A stretch of 24,517 bases of DNA from Lobosporangium transversale (Eukaryota), in the NCBI RefSeq assembly GCF_002105155.1, contig NW_019029014.1, forward strand, positions 434,001 through 458,517. Reading direction: 5' to 3'. Both the position numbers and the translations under genes were made by a program. How positions within the stretch are numbered: the first letter of the stretch is position 1; each line of letters begins with the position of its first letter. Below the pieces are notes generated by a model. That model had not been told where the DNA came from, did not search any database, and worked only from the letters and a program-made list of their open reading frames with translations. Of this stretch, positions 1 to 10,711 are shown piece by piece.

Positions 1-78
1 TAATGAAATATCCACTTTTTTTTATTAGTGATTATCTTTTTTCCATGGATATGAAACAATTTAACAAAGCTTCTTGAT

Positions 79-1669
79 TCAATATAATTTGGTGTAGATC
101 GGCAATAGCGCCGACAATTGTACATGCTGACGGCATAAAGGACACTCAGGCTGATAGTTATTAATCCAAGTAATAAAGGTAAAAAATAAAAGGAAAATTA
201 GATTATTGTTCTCATATCAATCATCGTATAAATTGTGCTAAACGTGATTTTTAAAAAAAGCCTTAGTTTTTTCTTTTTTTTACCTTGTTTTGACACCATT
301 CACGAATACAAGTCCAACAAAACAAATGTCCACAGGGAGTTGCTGTCGTATTTGTCCGAGGGTCGAGACATAGTGTACATTTCCGGACATTGATCTCTGA
401 TGTTGTCTGTGTGAAGTCGTCATTTTCTTCTTCCTCTTCTAATTGGTTTTGTGCTTGTACAGTAGCAGCAGTAGAGCCGGTAGCATTTTTTGAAGCAAGA
501 GCTGCAGCTGCAGCTTTTTCTTGAGCTTCTGCAGCAATTCGTCTCCGCCATTGGAAGAACTGAATCACGAGTTGGATCACAATCAAGACTCCCAGGACTT
601 CATAACCGGATCGCTCCTCTCCAGGTGACAACTTTCGATTAAAGATGTATCGGATCCCAGTAATGCGCTTTGAAAAACTGTAGTATGCACCAAAGAAGTA
701 AAACACTGCCAAATGAGCTGAGTATCCATGGGTTTTGAATAAATTTTGTAAAGTTGGGAGCCAATCGTGAAGTACAGTCTTGAGCCGGGTCATCATAGCA
801 GATGGTTCTTTCTTCTTTTCCAACTCTGATGAATCTGGTAAAGTCGCATCTAGGCGATGTCCTACTACGTGTCTTTGGTGATGCTGCTGTTGTTGAGGTC
901 GCGTGCGTCTTCGAAGCTCTTGAGTCCCTTTGGAGTAGATGTATGGAATAAGCACGTGCCAAAAGATAAGAGCCGATCGACGCTGATCGTCAAAAAAAAA
1001 AAAAAAAATGCATATTAGAACTATCTTACATAAGAAGGTGCCTACTACAGATCTTTGTCTCTGCACTCTTCATTATCTTTATGAAGCAACATGAGACCTA
1101 CAGCCAGTGAAGGAAAAGTACCAGTGGAACTGTTGATCTGCATAATATCGCAATATTCCTCGCCCAAAGTCTGTGTTCCAAGAAGCGTCGTTAAAGAGTA
1201 ATAGCACAGATCTGAGAATACTTCGACTTCGGTTTGGTATTTGTGTTGCGTGCGGTTTCCAAATATCTCTCGAAAAGCATCCTTGACTTGATCCTTTAAG
1301 ATCTGTTGATAATAGGCATCTTTTTGGTTGGCGCGGACTTTTATTATATGAGGAGAAGGAGGGCATGCTTTTTTTTTAGTGATCTGGATACGCTGACAGG
1401 CAATGCAATAAAGAAAAGAGAATAAAAATAAAAATAAAAATAAAAAAGTCGTATTTGTTGATCCTTTTTAGCTTACTGATATCCGGTTGCGATGCACTTG
1501 GAAGTGCAAGGTTGAATTTAGGTGCCCGTGATGTGCTAGTATCTCCTTCTGTGGATGTAGGTGCAAGGACAGGTGCAGGTTGGGCAGGTGCAGGTTGGGC
1601 AGGTGCTGCTACTTCGAGCTGTGACCTGTCTGCGGAGTTTACGGGGTTTGACCCATTTGTGCTCGACAT
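79..1669 (-). CDS. PEX10: Peroxisome biogenesis RING E3 ligase Pex10; join complement(79..150,284..982,1102..1337,1477..1669), 399 aa
   Basis: The spliced translation contains the Pex2/Pex12 N-terminal motifs 'ASQPDIIRANQKDAYY' and 'LTTLLGTQTLGEEYCDI', then 'HLAVFYFFGAYYSFSKRITGIRY', 'YEVLGVLI', and a C-terminal C3HC4 RING 'CTLC...TPCGHLFCWTCIREWCQNK|PECPLCR'. All three introns are GT-AG with consistent phases (1,0,0); total 1200 nt. Confidence 0.95.
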
Positions 1670-2243
1670 TATGAAATGCTATCTTACAATTGATCTGTTT
1701 AGTGGATGGAGTTAAAGTAGAATGAAAGGATGAGCAAATAAAAGAGGAGACATGTAATAATAATTAATTGTAAAAATGGAGGACAAGCGGACCGGCACAC
1801 CGGAGGTATAATAACTTTCTGAAGAGAACAGTGAACCGTGAGTTGACGGGGAAGTTAAATGCATTGCGTTTATGGAAACTGAATATATTGCAAAAAAAAG
1901 GAATCGTGCAGCAAAAGGAAGGATAAGCCGTTAATAAAGACAGTCATAAAAGAAAATATACCAAAAGCGAGAAGGCCCCAAAGGTTAGTCACTACACTAA
2001 AACTCAAATAACCACAGACATTCAAAGCTGGCCTTTCCGATTAGTTTTGATTGCATCTTTCTTCACTTCTACCATTCTTTCTCTACAGTCTCATTGAGAA
2101 GACACATCTAGACTCATAAGTGGATTCAACTCTCCAGGACAAGCAAAGTAATTTAGAGACAGGCAGAAAGTGAGAACAGGCAATCAGGAAAAATTTGATC
2201 ACTCTTTTTCAAAAGCGAACCCCCATTTTTGTATCTCAACATC
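1670..2243. promoter_or_regulatory. Short divergent (probably bidirectional) promoter region between PEX10 and TIM23
   Basis: Head-to-head start codons about 575 bp apart; no specific elements identified. Confidence 0.5.
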
Positions 2244-3166
2244 ATGTCCTCTCACCATACCACCAACATCGAGGAAGAGGATAGCTTCGCTCCTATCTAT
2301 GCTAGCCAGGAGGATTTCAACCCCAACGACACTGTCAGTGCCTTCCTTAACACTGCTTATGATCCCGCTCGCCTGCATCCACTTGCTGGCCTCGGTGGGG
2401 GTCTTGACTATCTCAACCTAGATGGCGATGAAGTCCTCCCTACCTCTCAAGGCGGTCTCTTGCCCAGCAGAGGATGGTCTGATGATCTCACTTACGGTAC
2501 TGGCCTCACTTATATCACTGGTAAGTTCAAAAAATACTTGTTTTTATTCCTTTCTAGCCTACAAAAGCACTCATTTCGGTATTGCCAAGTTCTTAGTTGC
2601 ATTTCCACTAATATAAACACCATGACCTTTTTTTTCCCTTAAAAAAAGGACTGAGCTTGGGAGGTGCTTTTGGTTTTTATGAGGGTCTCCGGTCATCACC
2701 TAGCCCAGCATTCAAGATTCGTCTCAACACCGTTTTGAACTCAATGACCCGTCGTGGCCCCTTTATTGGAAACTCGGCCGGTGTGTTGGCTTTGATGTAT
2801 AATGGAATCAACGGTGTTATCGGCAAAACCCGTGGTACTCATGATCCCCTCAATTCCATTGCAGCTGGTGCTCTCACTGGCGCTATTTTCAAGTCTACAG
2901 GTATAGAATGCATACACGCAGAAGAATTTACACTCTTCCTCTGTCTTCTATCCTCTTCACTCCAGTTTCTTTGATATCTTGATCTCCTTGCCCATTTTAG
3001 GAAACTTTTTTTTTTTTTTTTTTTTTTTTTCTTCTAACCTATGTTTCTTTCCTTTTTATACTTTACCTTCTCTATTCTAGCTGGTCTTCGTGCGGCCGGA
3101 TCAGCTGGAGGTGTTTGTGCTGTGTTGGCTGGTATCTGGGCCTTTGGCAAGGAGGCTGTCCTGTAA
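2244..3166 (+). CDS. TIM23: Mitochondrial inner-membrane translocase subunit Tim23; join(2244..2520,2649..2900,3081..3166)
   Basis: Motifs 'LHPLAGL..LDYL', 'LPSRGWSDDLTYGTG..Y..GLSLGGAFG', 'RLNTVLNSMTRRGPFIGNSAGVLALMYN' and 'AAGALTGAIFKST'. GT-AG introns at 2521-2648 and 2901-3080; stop TAA at 3164-3166. The start codon is less certain than the gene body. Confidence 0.95.
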
Positions 3167-3436
3167 TTTATGTCAATCCATCTCATTTGTTTGCCGTCAT
3201 ATGCATCTCGATTCTTTTTTTTAAAAAAGACATATTTTGCTTTTTTTTCTCATTGAGTAGCTAGTTTCTTGCTTTCTATCATGATGGTGGGAGGCTTTTT
3301 TTTTAAAGATAGAGCTTTGTACAATACACTTCAAAAAAAAAAAAAAAATCCTTGTTTGTTTTTCTCTGTTTTTACTCTTGACAAAATTATTTCAAAATGA
3401 TGCCAAGAAAAAAAAAAGTTAAGGATTGTGTTTAAT

Positions 3437-5048
3437 TTATGTACGTGGTGGCCGTTTATCTAAAGGGATATACCCTTGGCCGCGTAGCATTCTAAACTGC
3501 AGACAACTCTTGTTTCCTCCTAATCCATCTTGTGTCGTGAACGTCCGTACCTCTGCATTTATAAAGTGTATTTGAGAGAGGAAAAAAAAGTAAGTAAGTT
3601 TTTTTTTTTTTTTTTTTTTCTTCTTGAATGCTTGGCAAAATCAGCTTTTTTTTTTCCCCCTTACCTTGATATCCTATTCCTTGTTTGCCTGCTCGCAGAA
3701 CCAGTGAAATGATATCTGGGATGGCTGAATCCATCCCAATCAGCGTAATCTCTTCATGTTCCTTAAGAGACCTGATGATCTACATATATATTTTTACAAG
3801 CTTATTTTGTTAGATTTTATTTTTTGCCGATGAAGAAAAAAAAAAAAAAAAGTTTTTTCTCCTTACCCAATCCAAATATGCGTCGGATCCTTGTTCCACC
3901 GTTGAGACACCATCACGGATAACATGCCGTACAGGATGAATGACATCTGTCAGGCAGATAAATGGCGTAGCTTCCATTCCTGGGATAATATCTGATAAAG
4001 ACGATGTAGCTGTTGATGATGCTGCCGTTGCTGTTGCTGCTGATCCAGACCCAGATCCTGATGCAGACGCTCCCGCTGCAGAAGACGGTACTGCAGAGCC
4101 TGTTATAGAGTTATTCTGCACTGCTGAATGACGATCTATGGAAGATCCTTTACGAGACATGCCTGCTGATGATTTAGAAGTTTGTCCATGTGCATGTCCT
4201 GATTCAGATCGACTAGGTCCACGAGGCTTGTTACTTGCTTTAGAACTAGTTCCTCCGGAAGACTTTGGTCCTGGTCCCGATCCCGATCCCGATACCGGCA
4301 CCGATCCTTGTCCTGCAGTTGTCTCTGATGCGACTGTAGCAGAAGTTGAAGTTGAGATGGAAGCGGAAACCGCAGCACCAGAGGCAGGGCTAGCATGACT
4401 GAGACCACCACCGACTTTCTTACTCGCCACAGCTTTTGATGGTGATGACGAGGGGTTTGTTCCACTATCCGTGGATCTCTGTTGATGATGTTTTTCTGTA
4501 GAGTCATGATGATGAGATTGTAAAGATTTGTTACTATCATTCAAAGCACGGCTACTACCATTGGAGTGATTGATAGCTTTGGTGTTGTTGCTGCTGCCAT
4601 GGTTATTGCTGGAATGGTTCTGATGCTGCTGTTGTTGCTTTCTCGGCTGTTTATTACGCCCTGAGTGGATATGTTGTGATGGATTGTTCGTAGTTCCAGC
4701 TTCGGTTGTAGTTGCCGTTACTGCGTTATTGCGAGTAGTATTATCTGATCGAGATCGACTTTGACCTTTATGATGGGTAATGCTACTGCTGCCTCTATTA
4801 CTGCTACCAACCTTAGATGTCAAGGACGATGATGATGACGAGGATGCTTGCTGTTGCTGTTTCTGAACCGGTCGTAAGGTTACTGGAGAAGTATGACTAT
4901 TATTATGACTATAACTTTGACTATGACTTTGGTTATGGATACTAGTGCTAGTGGTTGCCTCTCCAGTGGGAGCGGCAGGAACAGACTGTGAAATGAATGA
5001 TGGAATGAATTCTTTGGCAGTTGCCTTGAGAGTCATTGGTTGGGTCAT
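3437..5048 (-). CDS. PAM2-motif, low-complexity protein with C-terminal Alba-like domain; join complement(3437..3552,3665..3779,3867..5048), 470 aa
   Basis: N-terminus 'TLKATAKEFIP' fits the PAM2 consensus (LxxxAxEFxP), followed by about 330 aa of S/N/H/Q/G-rich sequence. Splicing at GTAAGG donors (3866, 3664) and TAG/CAG acceptors gives an uninterrupted globular C-terminus 'DAYLDWIIRSLKEHEEITLIGMDSAIPDIISLVLRAGKQGIGYQEVRTFTTQDGLGGNKSCLQFRMLRG', which resembles the Alba helix-strand-helix-strand-strand pattern. Confidence 0.75.
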
Positions 5049-5204
5049 GCGTAGTAAAGAAAGAAAGAGAAGAAAGCGCAGACGAGACCCCCAAAAAACC
5101 TACTTCGTCAACACAGCTATAACTGCTATTTGATTCGTGAAGGAAAGCCTACTATTACAGTTAGTTACATGTACTAAATCTCAAGCCACAGCATAGGGCG
5201 CAGT

Positions 5205-5222
5205 ATCACCTGATTCACGTGA
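5205..5222. promoter_or_regulatory. Tandem E-box-like elements (ATCACCTGAT + TCACGTGA) about 160 bp upstream of the PAM2/Alba-like gene
   Basis: Palindromic TCACGTGA at 5215-5222, immediately preceded by ATCACCTGAT; matches a bHLH-type consensus, function untested. Confidence 0.3.
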
Positions 5223-6018
5223 TATTCCGGAGTTCAATCTTTCGTTCGGTGAACATGGTTTGCGTTGACGCTTTTTGCATCCATACATATTGCCACTTAC
5301 AGGAGTGACTCTCCAGATTTGCATTCACACGGTCGGAAGATTTAAGGAGTAATTAGGAACGCCATTAATGTACTCTGATGATAAAGTGAAGGGCAGAAGG
5401 AATAGGGGTTCAGGGAAGTGAAAAATAAGGACTTACATTAACATGTATTACAGCCATCATAAGCACACCTTACACACGAACTTAGTTTTATTTTTTTGGT
5501 ATTGCAAAGAAAAGACCAGAGGTTGCATTTCAAGCTTTTTTTTTGCGCTTGGGCCTAATAAAATTTTGGTGGCAAAATTCAGAGTTTGAAATACTCGCGC
5601 ATCAAACACGTCCTTTTTTGGATGCATCAGAGTATATTTCTATGCAAGAGAATAATTGCTACCATAGATGCAGGAAAAAAAAAAAAAAAAAAGCATATCA
5701 TATTTATTTATTGATTATTGGCTGAATATTATTGTGTCGAGTGCTCCTCTAATGTCCCTGCAAATATCCTGCGTACGTGTTGGTGGGCCTTTCATTCGCT
5801 ATAGCCGACATTTAGAAAATCGCCTTCCCGTATCGTAAGATCAAAGGGCTTAATAAGGAGCTTTATTGGTGTACTTTTTAGACCTTTAAGGATCATATGA
5901 GCATATATATGTATATATACAATTGGATATATACAAACATTTACATATATATGCATGGTTCATTGTTCTACCTGACTCCGCTGCAAGACATCAAGCGCTT
6001 AGCGATGAGTAACGCTAT

Positions 6019-8005
6019 TCAATCACGACTAGTGAGCTTCAAATTAGTATCAATAGCCTCACCAAGACGGGCGTAAAGAGCCATCTTTGTCTTGGAAGGA
6101 TCCGGGATTTCGATCTTAGAGTACTTGGAGATCATCAGTTCCCCGAAGACTTTTGCTTCCTGTATATTCATGAATCGGCCTGGACAAGAGCGACTATTAA
6201 TAAAGGAAGCATCAAGTTAGCCATTTCCAATCCATTACATGAAAAATAAAATAAAATAAAAAAGAGCCCTTAAACTTTACCTTCCTATACCAAAGGGTAG
6301 GTAGTCCATCCCAACTTTAGTCGCAGCTTTGTTCTTGCCTACGAACCGCCATGGTCTAAACTCTGTCACATCCTCACCGTTTTCAGAACTCTGATGAGCA
6401 GGTCTGGTGTTGATAATAACAGTAGAGCCCTTGGAGATCATAATACCGCTTGAAAGAGTAACATCTTCGAGCGCAAGGTGCATTATCCCCAGACGTTCAG
6501 TACGGAACCTGAAGACCTCTCGTACAAATGAGTCCATATAGATCATCTTCTTGATTGCAGCTGCAGTCAAGTCTCTGTCATGTGCTGGATCCAAGTCATC
6601 GCCAATAGGCTTTCCTTCCCTCGAACGCTCTTGACGTGCCTGTTCTCGTTCCGCCTGAATAGTATCAAGGACCTGCTGTTGTTCTTGAAATAACCTGTCC
6701 ATGTACTGTGGGAATGCCGCCAGATAGTAGAGCATATTGGTGACGATATCTGTAGCTGTATAGACATACATGCCAGCAATAATAAGTAGATGTGCGCAAA
6801 GATCTTCAAGGTCCATGAACCCATACTTGTCAAAGTCATCGACCATGTGCTGAAGTACATCATCAGGCCGCTCCCATTCAACACCAGTCTCGTTCGCCAG
6901 AGCTTCGAGTCGACGGCGCTCACGGATCACAGGAGTAGAGGCCTCGACTAGAGTCTGAGCATGGTTTCGAAGCGGATGGAGCAGTTTACAGTTGGACCAT
7001 CGCACAAAGGCGCGCCATTTGGAGGCTCTGAAATTACCGTTGATGAACGCTGGCCCGAGATCTGCTGAAGCAGATATAAGTGTTTCAATGACTTTACGGT
7101 CCTTGGCAATCTCAGGATCAAAGAGAACGTGTGCCACTAAGTTGGGTAATAATAATAATAACAAAATCCAATTACTAATTGATCATTCATGTATGCAAGG
7201 AATGAAGAGAGAAAGACCGTCACCGTTCAATGAAACATACTTGTGTTAGCAATTATCTTTTGAAGCGCAAGACGAGGTTTCACAACTAGTTTTGCCTCCT
7301 TCTCAGCAGGACAATGGACTATTTCTTGATCAATGTCTATGTTCATCTGTGCTGCGATCTTCGGAGTGTAAGTAGGAATAAAACGATTGACCATCTCACG
7401 AATGAGTGTTCGAATGGTTATTTCATTAAAGTTGCTCTTTCGGCCGGAATTAAAGTATGAGCGCATGCGTACGTGCTTTTCACGCACGTCATTCCCAGAG
7501 AAGCTCTCATTAGTGAAAACTTCACGGGCTTGAGGGCCAGAGATGACAGTGAGGGCCATGTTGAGGAGATATATGTTAAACACTGGGCCGTATTCTTTTT
7601 CACAGCGCTCGAGGAATGCGTCTGGATCCTCATTGTACTCATCATCATGTGAAGAGTCGCCTGGTCTGAGAGAGGCTATAGGGATTCTCTACAAAAAAAA
7701 AAAAAAGGGATTGGTATAAAAGCGTAGGAGCGGTGCTCCTGGTATTAGTTCAATGATACTATGAGATGCAACAGCAAGGGCGTCTTGAGTATAGTAGTTT
7801 CAGCATAATTGCTCGAGCATAACAGCGTAGTCCTCTCTTTCCACTTCATCTCTTTTATTTCCACCTTGTCTGTACTGAACCCTGGAGCCGAGGCAGCCCT
7901 CGTAGCCATGTATGCCGCAGAAGCCAGTCCAAGGCCAAAAGGAATGGCAGCCTGCATAGCGCCAATAGGCATGCCATTTGCGGGACTGGATAAAAGTCCG
8001 ATCAT
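6019..8005 (-). CDS. Cytochrome P450, copy 1; join complement(6019..6193,6281..7136,7241..7688,7865..8005), 539 aa
   Basis: N-terminal membrane anchor, ExxR (EVFR), PERF-like 'FRPWRF', and heme motif FGIGSRSCPG assembled across intron 3. Exon phases 0,1,2 give an open 1620-nt CDS. Confidence 0.93.
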
Positions 8006-8129
8006 TTGTTGAAGATTGTTGAAGGTTGTTGAAAATAGATATTTGAATTTGCGATATAAGATATATAGCTGGTTGAGTGTTCCTCTTTCTGTCACAAAAA
8101 AAAAAAAAAAAAAAAAAGATAATGAAGCC

Positions 8130-8140
8130 AGTATTTATAG
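8130..8140 (-). promoter_or_regulatory. TATA box of P450 copy 1
   Basis: CTATAAATACT on the minus strand about 130 bp upstream of the ATG; the same motif is conserved upstream of copy 2. Confidence 0.55.
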
Positions 8141-8429
8141 ATCTTACCTGAGTACAACGGAAGCGATGACATCAAGGGCCAGCAATTGAGAGATTACAGG
8201 GTGATTGCCTCAGACATTAAAGTGCGGTCAGAGGATATTTGCGCTTGCGCTACAACCTTTCTATAACAGTGGAACAAATGCTGTGTCTGGTTGCAGGCGG
8301 TGAGATCCAATTGACTACTTTGCAGTGTGTAAAATATTTTGAACAAACACAAATGGATTGAACAACAAAAAAGACTGAACGAGAACAGTCAGTACATACC
8401 CAAATGATTCCACTGAGCTATTTGTTTTA

Positions 8430-8660
8430 TGAATTGGTGGCGAACCCTCTGCATGACCATAATAAATCAGACAATACCAGACTCCGATCAAAGTATCTAT
8501 GTATGACCTCCCTCTAACTTGTCGAATATATGATAAGTTCGCTGAGACAGAACAACACCTGCTCTTCCGCTATCCTAAGAAGCTGGAATTGCGGTACGGC
8601 GCGATGCAGAGATTCGTCGAAGAAAACGGCAGGTCAACCACCCTACTGGAATCGCTATTT
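8430..8660 (+). pseudogene. Decayed non-LTR retrotransposon (LINE) C-terminal zinc-finger (zf-RVT-like) fragment
   Basis: Frame from 8520 reads 'CRIYDKFAETEQHLLFRYPKKLELR', matching C-x2-C-x8-H-x4-C..W if C>Y (tat), C>Y (tat) and W>R (cgg) are single-base decays. An upstream fragment 'NWWRTL..HNK' resembles the motif that precedes this finger. Confidence 0.5.
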
Positions 8661-8868
8661 TAATGTGCCACGTGCCATAGCTGGCATTGATATCGCTTCA
8701 AACCAGGTTATCAATCACCTGGGAGTAGAGGAAAAGAGAAATAAGAGGAAAAGAGGAAAAGAGAAGAGAAGCTGAATTTCCTTCACCCTACCAATCTGCC
8801 CTGGTCCCTGACACCGACTTCTCCACATAGCCCCATTATATATTTTGTACTTGCCTTGCCTCTAGTCT

Positions 8869-8899
<31 letters not shown>

Positions 8900-9100
8900 C
8901 CGGTTCTGGTTCTTTTTAGATTTATTATAATTTGTAAAAGCAAAAGTGTTCATTTTCTTTTAATAGGTTAGTAGTGAAGGTATTGAATTATTACACACAC
9001 TGCTGGCGTAATTAGTCATGTCCCCTTGAGGTGTCCCTCCAATATCCCAATGCAAGATAGCGAGTAGGCTAAATGCTTGATTTATTCTAATGTCCTAATA

Positions 9101-9329
9101 CAGTAACCATCATATTTGGAAAAATATTTTGCTCTCTAAACTTCATTGCCCTGTTGCATGCTCAAGATGAACCAGATTGAGATAGGAAACTGGATACACA
9201 TAGCTATACTCATAATAAACAGCATCCTCAAATCTAGAATCGATATCCCCACTCTTGATTTCATTATGATCATTTAATGGTGATCAGGTCATTTTTCCAA
9301 ATATGAGACTACCCTCTAGAAAATGCTAG
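9101..9329 (+). repeat. Left TIR of the Tc1 element (229 bp)
   Basis: Exact reverse complement of 10483-10711 by manual comparison. Confidence 0.95.
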
Positions 9330-9430
9330 AATATTTTCTTTCGAGTCTGTTTCTTTCTTAAATGCCAGAGTTCCTATGTTTTTTGATTTATTATCGATAC
9401 TTTAGCCCCTAAACGTCCATCCATACGAAT

Positions 9431-10461
9431 ATGAAGCCAATTACCCAATCCAAGGTTAGAAGAGCCATTGCTCTCCTCAAGCAAGGTCTTTCCACTCGAC
9501 AGGTTGGCGAGAAACTCGGAATTTCCCATACTTCTGTGACAAATATCCGTCGAAGCGCAGCAGAAGATATTGCGAAAAAGTCAGCAGGTCGTCCAAGGAA
9601 GATTGGAGACGAAATGGCCCAGCATCTTAAGCTAGGACTTAAGCGTGGTCTTTTCAAATCCTCCATTGATGCTCAAAAGGAAGCGAACAAATTACTCCCA
9701 AGCCCCGTATCAAGTTCCACCATCAGAAGATGCCTTAGGAGGACTGGTATGAGGGCAAAGAAGGTTGTCAAGAGACCTTTCCTCAAGAACAACACATAAA
9801 GAAGCGTCTTCAATTCGCTCGCATATACCAAGAATGGACTAAAGAGGACTGGAAGGCTGTCGTTTGGTCCGATGAGTCCAAAATGAATCGTATTTGCTCA
9901 GATGGGGTGGCCTGGGTATGGGATGACCAGGAAGAGGCCATCAATGAGCGAACTGTTCAAGGAACAGTGAAGTTTGGTGGCGGGGGGGTCATGATATGGG
10001 GCTGCATGACATGGAACGGACCCGGTCGAATCTATAGGATTGAAGGAACCATGAACTCAGAAAAGTACATCAACATCCTAAGGAATGATCTCCAGCAGTC
10101 CGTTCGGGATTGGGGCATCGCAGAGGACGGGTTTATCTTCCAACATGACAACGATCGAAAGCACACTGCGAAGGTCACTCAGGCATATTTGCGGTCAGTG
10201 GGCCTGACAGAAGAGTCAAGAAGGCTTCTAATTTGGCCAGCACAGTCGCCTGACATGAATCCTATCGAACACATGTGGTCTGAGCTGCAGAGGAGACTTG
10301 GGATGTACCCGGAATTAGCCAAAAGCTGTGCTGAGCTCTGGAATCGGATCGAGAGGGAATGGTACTCAATCCCACAAGAGTTCTGCCAGAAACTAATCGA
10401 GAGTATGCCAAGGAGACTCCGGGAGGTTTACAGGGCCAAAGGAAAGCATACTAGGTACTAG
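9431..10461 (+). pseudogene. Tc1-like transposase interrupted by a single -1 frameshift near 9788 (343 aa if restored)
   Basis: ORF1 (9431-9799) has an HTH, GRPR and 'KRPFLK'. The -1 frame continues 'QHIKKRLQFAR..WTKEDWKAVVWSDESK...GTVKFGGGGVMIWGCM...FQHDND.KH...WPAQSPDMNPIEHMW...SMPRRL..V..AKG.HTRY*'. Confidence 0.9.
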
Positions 10462-10482
10462 CCACTTAGACTACCAAGCGAA

Positions 10483-10711
10483 CTAGCATTTTCTAGAGGG
10501 TAGTCTCATATTTGGAAAAATGACCTGATCACCATTAAATGATCATAATGAAATCAAGAGTGGGGATATCGATTCTAGATTTGAGGATGCTGTTTATTAT
10601 GAGTATAGCTATGTGTATCCAGTTTCCTATCTCAATCTGGTTCATCTTGAGCATGCAACAGGGCAATGAAGTTTAGAGAGCAAAATATTTTTCCAAATAT
10701 GATGGTTACTG
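10483..10711 (-). repeat. Right TIR of the Tc1 element (229 bp)
   Basis: Exact reverse complement of 9101-9329. Confidence 0.95.

Larger units (their letters stand above)
9101..10711 (+). mobile_element. Tc1-family (IS630/Tc1/mariner) DNA transposon, 1611 bp, with 229-bp perfect TIRs and TA target-site duplication
   Basis: TA|CAGTAACC...GGTTACTG|TA, with TSDs at 9099-9100 and 10712-10713; TIRs at 9101-9329 and 10483-10711; internal transposase. Confidence 0.97.

Noticed and set aside
8530..8775. 81-aa plus-strand ORF (MISSLRQ...)
   Set aside because: It is an alternative frame over the decayed LINE fragment and ends in a purine-rich repeat.
9409..9666. Antisense 85-aa ORF over the transposase N-terminus
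   Set aside because: Shadow ORF of the transposase strand with no recognisable motif.
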